A DNA stretch of 40,602 nucleotides from Clostridia bacterium (GCA_017440085.1 JAFSHW010000036.1:1-40602), one strand, 5' to 3'; positions 7,102 through 18,355 are shown, numbered from the stretch's first letter. Made by a program: numbers and translations. Notes: generated by a model from the letters alone, not told the origin.

Positions 7102-8868
7102 TTACTCTTTTTCTGCCAAAGAATTCGATGTGTGCTGAAGCTTGTACATTTCCGCATAAAGACCGTCCTTTTCCAGAAGCTCTGAATGAGTTCCTCTTTC
7201 AGCGATTTCACCGTTATTTAAATATAAAATCTCATCACAATCCTCTATTGCGGAAAGCTTGTGGCTGATAATTACCGTTGTGGGTTTGTAAGGCTTTTCT
7301 TCGTAAAGTTTGGAATTTTGAAGTGTTTTTATATTTTCCAGCATTTTTCTTTCAGTTACCGTGTCTACAGCAGAAAGAGTGTCGTCCAAAAGCAATAACC
7401 TAGGTGCCCTGTAAAGAGCTCTAGCCAGAGATATTCTTTGCTTCTGACCTCCTGAAAGGTGAGTTCCCCTTTCTCCTACTTCCGTTTCAAAACCGTTGGG
7501 GAAAGTATTTGGATCCATTGCAATGCAAGCTTCTTCAGCCGCTGCTTTGATTTTTTCCTCGTTTGGATTATCGTCGCAGAAGGCGATATTCTGAGCTATC
7601 GTCGCGGAAAAAAGGAATCCGTCCTGCGGCACGTAGCCAATATCTTTTCTCAACGTTGCGGCGTGGGTTTCGTTTATATCTGAATCACCAAAGAAAATTT
7701 GACCGCTTTCCACCGGTAAAAGTTTTGATAACGCGGCAATAAGAGTTGTCTTTCCGCAGCCCGTAGCTCCTGCAATCCCGAGGGTAGAACCGCTTTTTAA
7801 AGTGAATGAAATATTTTTGAGGGCAGGTTTGTCGCCATTCGGATATGTAAATGTGAGGTTATTTACTGTAATGTCTTTACCTTCAATAACCAATTCTTCT
7901 TTTGCTTCTTCAAATTCTTCTTCGGGAATAGAGTTTTCGTCGTGAATATTTTTCAATCGTTTGTATGATGCTAAGCCTCTTTGGATTCTGTTTATAATGT
8001 CGCCAAGCTGAATTATTGGGTTCTGAACCAAAGTGAGGAGCCCTATAAAGGTAATAAGAGTTCCCGTGTCTATGGTTCCGTCAATTACCGCCTTGCCACC
8101 GAAAATCAGCGCTAATGCATAGCTCAAGCCGAAGGTTGCCTTGATGACGGGGTTTACCATTGAAGAGGTATACACCAATGAGATGTTTGCATCACGCATT
8201 TCTGAAGAAATTTGCGAAAATTCCTTTTGGCGGGAGTCTTCCGTAGCAAATGACTTAATTATTCTTATGCCTGAAATGCTTTCGTTAACGAAACCTGAAA
8301 GCTTGGAGAAAAGAGTCTGAACCTTAGTAAATTTCCGTCTAACTATTCTGCCTGTAAGGGTAGTGTAAATTATTGTAAATGGTACGGGAAGAAGGGCAAG
8401 CACCGTAAGGATAGGGTCAACCTTCAGAACCATTGTAACGATTGAAATCGTTGCAGTGACGATACCGTTAAATGACATTGCCAGCGCAGGGCCGAAGGTG
8501 AGTCTTACTGCGTTAATGTCGTTAATTGCGTATGCCATTAAATCCCCTGAGCTTTTATTTGCGTAAAAGCTTATGGGCAAGTGCTGAAATTTAACGTAAA
8601 GCTGTTCTCTCAACCAGCAGTCAAGTCTTCGGGCTGTGCCTATAATAAACGTTCGCCAAATGAACCTTGTTACGAAGGCGGCAACTCCTATAAAAGCTAT
8701 AATCAAGGCTTGGTTCATCACCGCAGATTTCGCAGCACCTGTTTCAAGCATAGTTATCGCTTTACCGAGAGCTTGGGGGACTTGCGTATTTATCATTGCG
8801 TTAAGGCCCAAAAACATAAAACCGAAAACGTAGAAAATCCAATTTCGTTTCAGAAACTTACTTATCAT
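7102..8868 (-). CDS. ABC exporter TMD+NBD subunit (YheI/MdlA-like)
   Basis: TM domain; Walker A GATGCGKTT; LSGGQKQ; non-canonical Walker B LLLLDD; partner of the adjacent gene. Confidence 0.93.
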   Translation of the reverse strand: MISKFLKRNWIFYVFGFMFLGLNAMINTQVPQALGKAITMLETGAAKSAVMNQALIIAFIGVAAFVTRFIWRTFIIGTARRLDCWLREQLYVKFQHLPISFYANKSSGDLMAYAINDINAVRLTFGPALAMSFNGIVTATISIVTMVLKVDPILTVLALLPVPFTIIYTTLTGRIVRRKFTKVQTLFSKLSGFVNESISGIRIIKSFATEDSRQKEFSQISSEMRDANISLVYTSSMVNPVIKATFGLSYALALIFGGKAVIDGTIDTGTLITFIGLLTLVQNPIIQLGDIINRIQRGLASYKRLKNIHDENSIPEEEFEEAKEELVIEGKDITVNNLTFTYPNGDKPALKNISFTLKSGSTLGIAGATGCGKTTLIAALSKLLPVESGQIFFGDSDINETHAATLRKDIGYVPQDGFLFSATIAQNIAFCDDNPNEEKIKAAAEEACIAMDPNTFPNGFETEVGERGTHLSGGQKQRISLARALYRAPRLLLLDDTLSAVDTVTERKMLENIKTLQNSKLYEEKPYKPTTVIISHKLSAIEDCDEILYLNNGEIAERGTHSELLEKDGLYAEMYKLQHTSNSLAEKE

Positions 8869-8913
8869 TTATTTCCCTCCGAAGACAATATTTGTATAAA
8901 AAATATCTTTTTT

Positions 8914-8942
8914 ATTTTATCATTTTTATTGTAAGAAGTCAA
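8914..8942 (-). promoter_or_regulatory. Sigma-A promoter for the ABC exporter pair
   Basis: Minus strand TTGACT-17 bp-TAAAAT with TGa extension. Confidence 0.7.
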
Positions 8943-9032
8943 TATTCTTTATCTAACAAAATTGAAAACGTGATAAAATTTTTAAATTTTAATCTTAAAA
9001 ATGGCACAAATGAAAAATATTTGCTTCAGACC

Positions 9033-9061
9033 TTGACGATGACAAAAAATAGTAGTATAAT
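9033..9061 (+). promoter_or_regulatory. Sigma-A promoter for lgt and downstream genes
   Basis: TTGACG-17 bp-TATAAT. Confidence 0.78.
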
Positions 9062-9095
9062 AAATTATTAGTAGATTTTATTTTGAGGTTTATTT

Positions 9096-10091
9096 ATGGA
9101 TACTACGAATATTATCAGCTTCAATAAATTAGGCATTTTCGACTTGGAAATAGACAAGGTTGCAATCAGTAATATTTTCGGCACGGGCTTAGATATTTAT
9201 TGGTATGCAATTATAATAACTTTGGGTATGGTTCTTGCCATAGGCTTTTGTATGTGGCAATCCAAGAAATTTGGATTCACGTCAGACGATATTCTTGACG
9301 TTTGCCTTTGGGGTATTCCCGCTGCTCTTATTGGCGCAAGGCTTTATTTCGTAATTTTTATGTGGGACCGCTTCAACACTCTTTGGGAAATGATAAACTT
9401 CAGAAACGGTGGTCTTGCCATTTACGGTGGCGTAATAGCTGCATTCTTAACGGGCCTTATTTTTTGTTTGGTTAAAAAGAAAAACGTTTTAGCTCTTTTT
9501 GATTTGGCTTCCTTCGGGTTCTTTATCGGGCAGTCTATCGGTAGATGGGGCAATTTCGTTAACGCTGAAGCTTACGGTTCCGTTACAGATCTTCCTTGGG
9601 GAATGTCAATCAACGATGCAGCACCTGTTCACCCAACTTTTATTTATGAATCCCTTTGGAATTTAGTAGGTTTCTTGGTTGCGCTCTTTATTATCAAACG
9701 CATCAGAAAAGAAAACGGTGAAATTTTCTGCTTTTATATGGGATGGTATGGTTTGGGAAGAGCCTTCATTGAAGGTCTTCGCCAGGACAGCCTTAAAGTA
9801 TTTGGCGTTTTCAGAGTATCTCAGGTTTTAGGTCTGGTATTTTTCATCGGAGCCATCGTACTTTTCATTCTCATTAGAAAAGGCGTTATTGCAAAGATCA
9901 GCGCAAAAATTATTCAGAAAAAGATTGATAAACAAAATTCGTATACAAACGTTTTTGATGGCACTGAAAGCGATGACTCTTCAATTACTGTAAATGAATC
10001 AGACCTTTTTATGGCGTCTCTAGAGGCTCATAGAGGAAAAAATGAGGTTTCCAATCAGGTTGTTGAAAATGAAGAGGAAAAAGAAGATTGA
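9096..10091 (+). CDS. lgt: Prolipoprotein diacylglyceryl transferase
   Basis: IYWYA, IGARLYFV, GGLAIYGG, GQSIGRWGNFVN, HPTFIYES motifs; multi-pass membrane protein. Confidence 0.96.
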   Translation: MDTTNIISFNKLGIFDLEIDKVAISNIFGTGLDIYWYAIIITLGMVLAIGFCMWQSKKFGFTSDDILDVCLWGIPAALIGARLYFVIFMWDRFNTLWEMINFRNGGLAIYGGVIAAFLTGLIFCLVKKKNVLALFDLASFGFFIGQSIGRWGNFVNAEAYGSVTDLPWGMSINDAAPVHPTFIYESLWNLVGFLVALFIIKRIRKENGEIFCFYMGWYGLGRAFIEGLRQDSLKVFGVFRVSQVLGLVFFIGAIVLFILIRKGVIAKISAKIIQKKIDKQNSYTNVFDGTESDDSSITVNESDLFMASLEAHRGKNEVSNQVVENEEEKED

Positions 10092-10136
10092 TTTCTTCAC
10101 CTCAATTAAAATCGGTAATACAGAGGAGAAATAATT

Positions 10137-10988
10137 ATGGCAATCATTGACGGCAAGGCTATTTCAGCTCAAATTAGAAGTGAAATAAAGGCTGAAGCAG
10201 AGGCTCTCACCGCTAAAGGCATTAAGCCCGGGCTTGCGGTAGTCCTCGTTGGCAGCGACCCTGCTTCACAAATATACGTTAGAAATAAGCAGAAAGCTTG
10301 TGAAGAAGTTGGCTTCTATTCCGATACTTACACCCTTCCTGAGGAAACTACGGAAAAACAGCTTCTTGAGCTTATTGAAGTCCTTAATCTCCGCAAGGAT
10401 ATTCACGGAATTCTCGTTCAGAGCCCTGTTCCTAAGCATATTAACCCGGATACTGTTATTAACGCTATTCTTCCCGAAAAGGACGTGGATTGCTTCCACC
10501 CGGAAAACGTTGGTAAGCTTATGACCGGGAATCCAAGATTTTTGCCTTGCACTCCCGCAGGCGTTGTTGAGCTTATTAGGCGTAGCGGCGTTGAAATTTC
10601 AGGCAAAGAATGCGTCGTTGTTGGTAGAAGTAATATAGTAGGTAAACCTCAGGCTATAATGCTTTTGGCTGAAAACGGCACTGTAACAGTTTGCCACTCA
10701 AGAACCAAAAATCTTTCTGAAGTAACCAAAAGAGCAGACATTTTGGTTGTTGCAATCGGTAAATCAGAATTTATAACGGGCGATATGGTCAAGCCCGGAG
10801 CAGTAGTTTTAGACGTGGGAATGAACAGAAATTCAGAAGGAAAGCTTACGGGTGATGTTAATTTTGCGGAAGTATCCCAAATTGCTTCACTTATAACTCC
10901 CGTCCCCGGTGGGGTAGGTCCTATGACCATAACTATGCTCCTTCAAAACACTATAACTGCAGCAAAGGCGGCGTTATTTGGTAATTAA
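10137..10988 (+). CDS. folD: Bifunctional methylenetetrahydrofolate dehydrogenase/cyclohydrolase
   Basis: YVRNK, KDVD, PCTP, GRSNIVGKP, TPVPGGVGPMT. Confidence 0.98.
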   Translation: MAIIDGKAISAQIRSEIKAEAEALTAKGIKPGLAVVLVGSDPASQIYVRNKQKACEEVGFYSDTYTLPEETTEKQLLELIEVLNLRKDIHGILVQSPVPKHINPDTVINAILPEKDVDCFHPENVGKLMTGNPRFLPCTPAGVVELIRRSGVEISGKECVVVGRSNIVGKPQAIMLLAENGTVTVCHSRTKNLSEVTKRADILVVAIGKSEFITGDMVKPGAVVLDVGMNRNSEGKLTGDVNFAEVSQIASLITPVPGGVGPMTITMLLQNTITAAKAALFGN

Positions 10989-11020
10989 AAAAAGAAAGGT
11001 TCAAAACGGTAAAATAAATA

Positions 11021-12385
11021 ATGTCAAGAGATTTCAGTATAATAACCGAAGAGATAAACGCGTGGACGCGCAAGTGCATTGAGAACAGTTGCATCGACCC
11101 TAAACTTTACGCCCAACTTGACGTAAAGAGAGGTCTCCGTGATCTTTCCGGTAAAGGCGTACTTGCAGGTCTTACGGAAATCGGAGATGTTAAATCATAC
11201 GACTTAATAAACGGTGAACAGATTCCCTGTGAAGGTAAACTTTATTACAGGGGTATAGATATGGAAAAAATCGTTGGAGGTTTTACTTCCGAAAACAGAT
11301 TTGGCTTTGAAGAAACGGCGTATTTGCTTCTTTTGGGTAAGCTCCCTACAAAGGAAGAATTAGCATCATTTAATAAGGTTTTGGCTGAATACAGAAGTCT
11401 GCCCACAAGCTTCGTGCGCGATATTATTATGAAAGCTCCCAGTAAGGATATGATGAACACTCTTGCAAGAAGCGTTCTTACACTTTACTCCTATGACGAC
11501 CACGCTGACGATATTTCAATTCCAAACGTTCTCCGTCAGTCCTTGCAGCTTATAGCGCTTTTTCCGCTTCTTTCTGTTTACGGTTATCAGTCCTATTGCT
11601 ATTACCACGACGATAAGAGCTTATTTATCCATTCTCCGTTGCCTGAGCTTTCCACTTCGGAAAATATTCTCCATTTGCTTCGCGCAGATAGTAAGTACAC
11701 AGACCTTGAGGCTAAGATTCTTGATCTTGCTTTGGTTCTTCACGCAGAACACGGCGGTGGTAACAATTCAACCTTTACCACAAGAGTCGTTTCATCTTCA
11801 GGTACGGATACTTATTCCGCAATAGCTGCGGCTCTTGGCTCGCTTAAAGGGCCTAAGCACGGCGGCGCAAATATTAAAGTTATCAGAATGTTTGACGATA
11901 TGAAAGAGCACGTCAAGGACTGGAACGACGACGAGGAGATTTCTGCATATTTGCTTGCACTCCTCAGAAAACAAGCCTTTGACAGAAGCGGTCTCATTTA
12001 CGGTATGGGGCACGCAGTTTACTCACTTTCCGACCCACGAGCAAAAGTCTTCAAGGGTTACGTTGAAGCGCTCTCCAAAGAAAAGGGTAGGGAAGATGAA
12101 TATAATCTTTACGCAAACGTAGAAAGACTTGCGCCTCAGATTATCGCGCAAGAACGCAAAATATACAAAGGTGTCAGCGCAAACGTAGACTTTTACAGCG
12201 GTCTGGTTTACAGAATGTTGGGCCTTCCCGAAGAGCTTTATACTCCGCTTTTCGCTATTGCGAGAATCGTTGGTTGGTCTGCCCACAGACTTGAAGAACT
12301 TTTGGGTTACGGTAAAATCATCCGTCCCGCATATATGTGCGTGGCAGAGGAAACACCTTACGTTGACCTTGCTGACAGAAAATAA
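11021..12385 (+). CDS. gltA: Citrate synthase (Si-type family)
   Basis: LYYRG, LHAEHGGGNNSTF, GPKHGGAN, GMGHAVY, NVDFYSG, ARIVGWSAH. Confidence 0.94.
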   Translation: MSRDFSIITEEINAWTRKCIENSCIDPKLYAQLDVKRGLRDLSGKGVLAGLTEIGDVKSYDLINGEQIPCEGKLYYRGIDMEKIVGGFTSENRFGFEETAYLLLLGKLPTKEELASFNKVLAEYRSLPTSFVRDIIMKAPSKDMMNTLARSVLTLYSYDDHADDISIPNVLRQSLQLIALFPLLSVYGYQSYCYYHDDKSLFIHSPLPELSTSENILHLLRADSKYTDLEAKILDLALVLHAEHGGGNNSTFTTRVVSSSGTDTYSAIAAALGSLKGPKHGGANIKVIRMFDDMKEHVKDWNDDEEISAYLLALLRKQAFDRSGLIYGMGHAVYSLSDPRAKVFKGYVEALSKEKGREDEYNLYANVERLAPQIIAQERKIYKGVSANVDFYSGLVYRMLGLPEELYTPLFAIARIVGWSAHRLEELLGYGKIIRPAYMCVAEETPYVDLADRK

Positions 12386-12430
12386 AAAACAAATTATAAT
12401 ACATACTATATAGGGGAAGAGGAATAAACA

Positions 12431-14257
12431 TTGATTCGCAACAATCTCAGAAATGTAGCAATTATAGCTCACGTTGACCACGGTAAAACAACACTTGTCA
12501 ACGAGCTTCTTAAACAGGGCGGTGCATTCCGCGAAAATCAGGTAGTAGCAGATAGAGTAATGGACTCAAACGATCTTGAACGTGAAAGAGGTATTACTAT
12601 TCTTGCAAAAAATACTGCCGTAACATACAACGACGTTAAAATCAATATCGTTGATACTCCCGGGCACGCAGACTTCGGCGGCGAGGTTGAACGTATTCTT
12701 AAAATGGTAGACGGCGTTATCCTTCTCGTTGACTCTTACGAAGGGCCGATGCCTCAGACAAGATTCGTTCTTCAGCACGCACTAGAACTTAACCATAAGG
12801 TTATTATCGTAGTTAATAAAATTGACAGACCGGACGCTCGTCCCGACGACGTTGTAAACGAAGTCCTTGAACTTCTTCTTGACCTTAACGCAACGGACGA
12901 ACAGCTTGATTCTCCCGTTCTTTTTGCTTCTGCAAGAGCAGGTACTGCGTCCCTTTCACCATATGATGAAAATGCAACGGACCTTAAACCTCTCTTTGAA
13001 AGCATCGTAAACTACTTCGACCCACCTCAGGGTGAAGATGAAGAACCTCTCCAGATGCTTGTTTCCGCAATCGACTATAACGATTACGTGGGCAGAATAG
13101 CAATCGGCAGAATTGAAAGAGGTACTATGAAGCAGGGTCAGGAAATCGTTCTTGCAGACTATCATCAGTCCAGACCCAATTTGAGAGCAAAAGTCGTTAC
13201 TATGTATCAGTTTGACGGCTTGGGCAGAAGCCCCATTGAATCTGCTTCCGTTGGTGACATTGTGGCTGTTTCCGGTGTCGAAAACGTTAATATCGGTGAT
13301 ACTATTTGCGCCCCCACAGCAGTTGAACCGCTGCCTTTCGTTAAAATTTCAGAGCCTACGATGGAAATGACTTTCCTTGTAAATAACAGCCCTTTCGCAG
13401 GCAAGGAAGGAAAATTCGTCACATCAAGAAATCTCCGCGAAAGACTTTTCAGAGAGCTTCTTAAAGACGTATCTCTCCGCGTTGAAGAAACAGATACCAC
13501 GGAAGCCTTTAACGTAAGCGGTCGCGGTGAAATGCATCTTTCAATTCTTATCGAAAATATGAGACGTGAGGGCTACGAATTCCAGGTAAGTACTCCCCGT
13601 GTTCTCCTTAAAGAGATTGACGGTAAAAAGTGCGAACCTATGGAACGCCTTGTTGTTGATATTCCTGAAGACGCTATGGGTTCCGTTATGGAAAAAATGG
13701 GCGTAAGAAAAGGCGAAATGCAGTCTATGAATACTGTGGGCAACAGAATTAAGCTTGAATTTATTATTCCCACAAGAGGTCTCTTCGGCTATCGTTCAGA
13801 ATTCCTTACGGATACTAAGGGTGAAGGTATTCTCACTTCGGTATTCGACAGTTACCAGCCTTATAAGGGTGATATTCCCAGAAGAAATACAGGCTCGCTT
13901 ATCGCTCACGAAACAGGTGATTCAACAACTTACGGTATTTTCAATATTCAGAACCTTGGCGTTATGTTTATTGACCCTGCAGTTCCCGTTTACGCAGGCA
14001 TGCTTGTTGGTGAAGCTTCCAAGAGTGACGATATAGTAGTTAACGTATGTAAGAAAAAACATATGACAGCTATCCGTTCCGCCGGTAAAGACGAAGCTCT
14101 TCGCCTTGTTCCTCCAAGAAAAATGAGCCTTGAGCAGGCATTGGAATACATTGCAGACGACGAACTTGTTGAAGTTACTCCTGTAAGTATGAGACTTCGT
14201 AAGAAGATTCTCGACCACGGTATGAGAATGAGAATTCAGTTCCAAGGTAAAAAATAA
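12431..14257 (+). CDS. typA: Translational GTPase TypA/BipA
   Basis: [60 protein letters not shown]; TTG start with SD GAGG. Confidence 0.98.
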   Translation: MIRNNLRNVAIIAHVDHGKTTLVNELLKQGGAFRENQVVADRVMDSNDLERERGITILAKNTAVTYNDVKINIVDTPGHADFGGEVERILKMVDGVILLVDSYEGPMPQTRFVLQHALELNHKVIIVVNKIDRPDARPDDVVNEVLELLLDLNATDEQLDSPVLFASARAGTASLSPYDENATDLKPLFESIVNYFDPPQGEDEEPLQMLVSAIDYNDYVGRIAIGRIERGTMKQGQEIVLADYHQSRPNLRAKVVTMYQFDGLGRSPIESASVGDIVAVSGVENVNIGDTICAPTAVEPLPFVKISEPTMEMTFLVNNSPFAGKEGKFVTSRNLRERLFRELLKDVSLRVEETDTTEAFNVSGRGEMHLSILIENMRREGYEFQVSTPRVLLKEIDGKKCEPMERLVVDIPEDAMGSVMEKMGVRKGEMQSMNTVGNRIKLEFIIPTRGLFGYRSEFLTDTKGEGILTSVFDSYQPYKGDIPRRNTGSLIAHETGDSTTYGIFNIQNLGVMFIDPAVPVYAGMLVGEASKSDDIVVNVCKKKHMTAIRSAGKDEALRLVPPRKMSLEQALEYIADDELVEVTPVSMRLRKKILDHGMRMRIQFQGKK

Positions 14258-14345
14258 TTAATATAAAGATATACGGCGTGAAATCTAACCCCCGGGGTGA
14301 TGAGTTTACGCCGCAATCTTGCTTTTTTGGGAATGGAGATTAACT

Positions 14346-14948
14346 ATGTTTTTTAGACTTTTTGGAAGGAGAAAAGAAGAAATGGATTATATAATCGTAG
14401 GTCTGGGAAATCCGGGTTCTGAATACGCAAAAACCCGCCATAACGCAGGCTTTTTGGCAATTGATTATATTTCAAAAAAATTGGGCGCTTCCGTTGACCG
14501 TTTGAAGTTCAAAGCCCTTTGCGGAACTGCAACCATTGGAGATAAAAAAGTTTTGCTTATGAAACCACAGACTTTTATGAACCTTTCAGGGGAATCCGTG
14601 GGTGAAGCGGCGCGCTTCTATAAAATTCCACCCGAGCGTATAATGGTAGTGCAAGATGATATTTCTCTCCCCACAGGTAAATTGAGAATCAGAAAAACGG
14701 GAAGTGACGGCGGTCATAATGGTATAAAAAGCATCATTGCTCACCTTTCTTCGCAAAATTTTATCCGCTTCAAATTGGGTGTTTCCGATAGAGAAAATCC
14801 TAATATTCCCTTGGCTGATTGGGTTTTGGGTAAATTTACCGACGAGGAAATGAAACTTATTGAAGCTAAATACGAAAATATTTACAAAGCGGCTGAAATG
14901 ATAATGGACGGAAAATTCGACCTCGCTCTAAGCCGCTATAACGGTTAA
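14346..14948 (+). CDS. pth: Peptidyl-tRNA hydrolase
   Basis: VGLGNPG, TRHNAGF, KPQTFMNLSG, GGHNG. Start moved to ATG 14346 (SD GGAG upstream); 14382 is an alternative. Confidence 0.96.
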   Translation: MFFRLFGRRKEEMDYIIVGLGNPGSEYAKTRHNAGFLAIDYISKKLGASVDRLKFKALCGTATIGDKKVLLMKPQTFMNLSGESVGEAARFYKIPPERIMVVQDDISLPTGKLRIRKTGSDGGHNGIKSIIAHLSSQNFIRFKLGVSDRENPNIPLADWVLGKFTDEEMKLIEAKYENIYKAAEMIMDGKFDLALSRYNG

Positions 14949-14952
14949 AAAT

Positions 14953-17900
14953 ATGAAAGAGATTCCTCACTCAATAAAAAAGCTTACTCGCCTAGAAGAA
15001 TACCAAACTTTGCTTAGGGCAGTGAAAAATAATAAATCGGCGGCGGTTTTCGGGGTAGACACTCAGAAAGCTTATTTTCCGCTACTGTTGGCATCTGAAC
15101 TGGGAAAGAAAACTTTTATCGTAGTTCCCGACGATAATACTGCAAGAATCGTTCAGGAAATAATGCAATACGGCGGTAGGTCTTTTATTTACCCTGCAAG
15201 AGATTATAGCTTCAGAGATATTGAAAGCGTTTCGCGATTTGAAGAAAACAAAAGAATAGAAGCCCTTTCCGCAGTTCGCAGAGGTGAATACGAATCCCTT
15301 ATCATTACTGCGGACGCTCTCGTAATGCCGATTATGTGCCCCGGTGAATACGAGGAATTGATACTTCGCACCGGTGACGAGGTGGATTTTGACGGCTTGC
15401 CTGAAAAATTAGCTTCAATGGGCTTTGAGTTCTTTTCCGCAGTTGAAGGTCACGGCCAGTTTTCCGTCAGAGGCGGTATTTTGGATATTTTCCCGCCCGA
15501 CAGCGAAGTGCCCTATAGAATCGAATTCTACGGTGATGAAATAGATACCGTTTCCATTTTTGATATAAATACTCAGCGAAGAACGGAACCCGTAGACCAA
15601 ATTCGTATAATTCCCGCAAAGGAATATACTTCAGATATTTGCAATCATTTGATAGAAGAGTTGGAGCCGTATAAAGAAGATAGAAAAGTTGCAAAGGATA
15701 TAGATCTTCTCCAACAGAAAATTTTACCTAAGCACGATAGATATTACCCCGCTTATTTCAAAAAGGCTGCTTCAATTCTTGATTATGCAGATGAAAACAC
15801 TTTTATTTGTGTTTTTGGTTATAAAAGCGTTATTGAACACGCGGAGGGGCTTGTTTTCCGTATAAAAGAGGATATGGAAACTCTTCTTGAAGAAGGCTTT
15901 GTATTTCTGAATAAACCTTATTATTACGATAAGGAAGAAATTGTTTCTAAGATGAAAGTACCTCTCATTTTTGAAACTTTGCCTTGCAGTGTGCAAGGAA
16001 TCGAGCTTGACGAATTGGTAAATATAAGGCTTTACGAAACTTCAGTTACTACTTCTTTATTGCTTGCAGAGGACGCTGCTTCATTGGTTGCAGACGGCTA
16101 TAATATTACCGTTTTGGCTGTGGATAAAGACCACGCTGAAGATTTGAAAAAAGAGCTTGGTATCAGCAAAAATATAGTGGTTCAATCCGGTGCCATACCT
16201 TTTGGATTTAATGCTCCCGATATTAAAGAAGCGGTATTTTCGTTTAGAAATATTCGCCGCCCCGAAAAGAAAAAACGAAAGTCCAGATTTCAAAAAGGAG
16301 AGAAAATCAAGGGCTTTTCCGATATTCACGTGGGTGACTACGTGGTTCACACGAACTATGGTATCGGTATCTATGACGGAATTCATAAGGTTGACCAACA
16401 AGGCGTTGTGAAAGATTTTATTAAAATTCGCTTCGCGGGTACGGACGTTCTTTATATTCCTTGTTCACAGCTTGACTCCATTTCAAAATATATCGGTAAA
16501 GATACGGAAATAAACGTTAAACTTAATAAATTGGGAGGAACCGATTGGTCCAAAACCAAGCAGCGAGTAAGAAAAGCCGTTCGTGACCTTGCGAAACAGC
16601 TTATAGAGCTTTACGGAAAACGCTTGAATCTAAGAGGAAAATCTTTTTCTCCCGATAACGAGTGGCAGAGGGAATTTGAAGCTTCGTTTGAATTTGAAGA
16701 AACCGATGATCAGCTCAGGTGTATTTCCGAAATTAAAAGAGATATGGAAAGCCCCCACCCAATGGATAGACTTCTTTGCGGTGACGTTGGTTTTGGAAAA
16801 ACGGAGGTTGCTTTCCGCGCAATATTCAAATGCGTTACCGATTCCCGCCAAGCTGCAGTCCTTGCACCTACAACGATTCTCGTTTTTCAGCATTATCAGA
16901 CTATGCTCCGCAGATTCAAGGGATATCCCATTAAAATAGAGATTCTCTCTCGTTATCGTTCTCCCAAACAGCAGGAAGAAATTTTGAAAAAGCTCCGCAA
17001 GGGCGAAATTGACGTTGTTGTTGGCACTCACAGATTAGTTCAAAAGGACGTTCAGTTTAAGGATTTGGGTCTTGTTGTAATTGACGAAGAACAGCGTTTC
17101 GGCGTTGCCCACAAGGAGGCTTTAAAAGAAAAAGCTCCCGATGCAGATTTTCTCACACTTTCGGCAACCCCCATTCCAAGAACATTGAATATGTCCCTTT
17201 CCGGTATTCGCGATATTTCCGTTCTGAATGAAGCTCCAAATAATCGATTCCCTGTGACTACTTACGTTGCGGAATACGATTTGGGTTTGATTTCAGACGC
17301 TATAAAACGCGAGGTCGCAAGAGGTGGGCAGTGCTTCTACTTGCATAATAGAATTGATACTATTTTTAAAACAGCACAAATTCTTGCTGATAAAACGGGG
17401 GTTAGAATTGCTGTTGCTCACGGTAAAATGTCTCAAGAGGAACTTTCCGAAATTTGGGAAGATTTGGTTAACGGCGATACTGACGTTCTGGTTTGCACTA
17501 CGATTATTGAAACGGGAGTTGACGTTCCAAACTGCAATACTTTAATTATTGAAGATGCAGATAAATTGGGGCTTGCTCAGTTGCATCAGATTCGAGGTCG
17601 TGTGGGCAGAACTGACAGAAGAGCATACGCCTACTTTACTTTCAGAAGAGGAAAGACTCTCAGCACCGACGCGTACAAACGCCTTATGACCATTAAGGAA
17701 TTTACTGAATTCGGCTCAGGTATGAAAATTGCAATGCGTGACCTTGAAATTCGAGGTGCCGGTGATATTCTCGGTGCGGAACAAAGCGGTCATCTTGTTA
17801 CTGTTGGATTTGATATGTATATGAAACTTCTTGAAGAGGCCGTTGCGGAAGAAAAGGGTGAAACAGTTCGTAAATCAGAATGTTTGGTTGACCTCAAAGT

Positions 17901-18327
17901 TAATGCCTATATCCCTGACGACTATATCAGAGATACGGAAACGAGAATCGAAATATACAAGACCATTGCAGGTATGGAAACCGATGAGGATATGAGTGAC
18001 GTTATCGACGAGCTTATTGACCGTTTCGGAGACCCGCCAAAGGAAATAATGATGCTTATGAATATTTCACGCATACGCCACGCGGCAGGTCTTTGCGGTT
18101 TCAGCGAGGTCAGAGAAAATAACGATTCTGTGCTTCTTTTCTTTGAATCTGCTCCTGATTTGAAAACGGTTGCCGATATTTCCGCTGAATATAAGGGTAA
18201 GATCCTTTTCAGTGCAGGGGTTAAATCTTATTTGACCTTTAAGACAAAATCACCAATGATTGATTTGCCAAAATTCTTGGAAACCTTTTTGAAAATTTCC
18301 ACTGCTGATATTTCGGCAGAGTTGTGA
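14953..18327 (+). CDS. mfd: Transcription-repair coupling factor
   Basis: UvrB-like RGGILDIF, CarD/TRCF-like GDYVVH..GIG, GDVGFGKTEVA, DEEQRFG, SATPIPRT, QIRGRVGR, DLEIRGAG; canonical pth-mfd order. Confidence 0.98.
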   Translation: MKEIPHSIKKLTRLEEYQTLLRAVKNNKSAAVFGVDTQKAYFPLLLASELGKKTFIVVPDDNTARIVQEIMQYGGRSFIYPARDYSFRDIESVSRFEENKRIEALSAVRRGEYESLIITADALVMPIMCPGEYEELILRTGDEVDFDGLPEKLASMGFEFFSAVEGHGQFSVRGGILDIFPPDSEVPYRIEFYGDEIDTVSIFDINTQRRTEPVDQIRIIPAKEYTSDICNHLIEELEPYKEDRKVAKDIDLLQQKILPKHDRYYPAYFKKAASILDYADENTFICVFGYKSVIEHAEGLVFRIKEDMETLLEEGFVFLNKPYYYDKEEIVSKMKVPLIFETLPCSVQGIELDELVNIRLYETSVTTSLLLAEDAASLVADGYNITVLAVDKDHAEDLKKELGISKNIVVQSGAIPFGFNAPDIKEAVFSFRNIRRPEKKKRKSRFQKGEKIKGFSDIHVGDYVVHTNYGIGIYDGIHKVDQQGVVKDFIKIRFAGTDVLYIPCSQLDSISKYIGKDTEINVKLNKLGGTDWSKTKQRVRKAVRDLAKQLIELYGKRLNLRGKSFSPDNEWQREFEASFEFEETDDQLRCISEIKRDMESPHPMDRLLCGDVGFGKTEVAFRAIFKCVTDSRQAAVLAPTTILVFQHYQTMLRRFKGYPIKIEILSRYRSPKQQEEILKKLRKGEIDVVVGTHRLVQKDVQFKDLGLVVIDEEQRFGVAHKEALKEKAPDADFLTLSATPIPRTLNMSLSGIRDISVLNEAPNNRFPVTTYVAEYDLGLISDAIKREVARGGQCFYLHNRIDTIFKTAQILADKTGVRIAVAHGKMSQEELSEIWEDLVNGDTDVLVCTTIIETGVDVPNCNTLIIEDADKLGLAQLHQIRGRVGRTDRRAYAYFTFRRGKTLSTDAYKRLMTIKEFTEFGSGMKIAMRDLEIRGAGDILGAEQSGHLVTVGFDMYMKLLEEAVAEEKGETVRKSECLVDLKVNAYIPDDYIRDTETRIEIYKTIAGMETDEDMSDVIDELIDRFGDPPKEIMMLMNISRIRHAAGLCGFSEVRENNDSVLLFFESAPDLKTVADISAEYKGKILFSAGVKSYLTFKTKSPMIDLPKFLETFLKISTADISAEL

Positions 18328-18355
18328 ATTTTCATTGGAGTTTGTTGGATTTCTA

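Noticed and set aside
5313-8868. Degenerate ABC motifs (LLLLDD, FSTGERQ; also LILDD/IIAQR at 34236-35987) as inactivation
   Set aside because: One degenerate nucleotide site is normal for heterodimeric ABC exporters.
11021-12385. Citrate synthase in a presumed anaerobe
   Set aside because: Si-citrate synthase is known in Clostridia for 2-oxoglutarate/glutamate synthesis.
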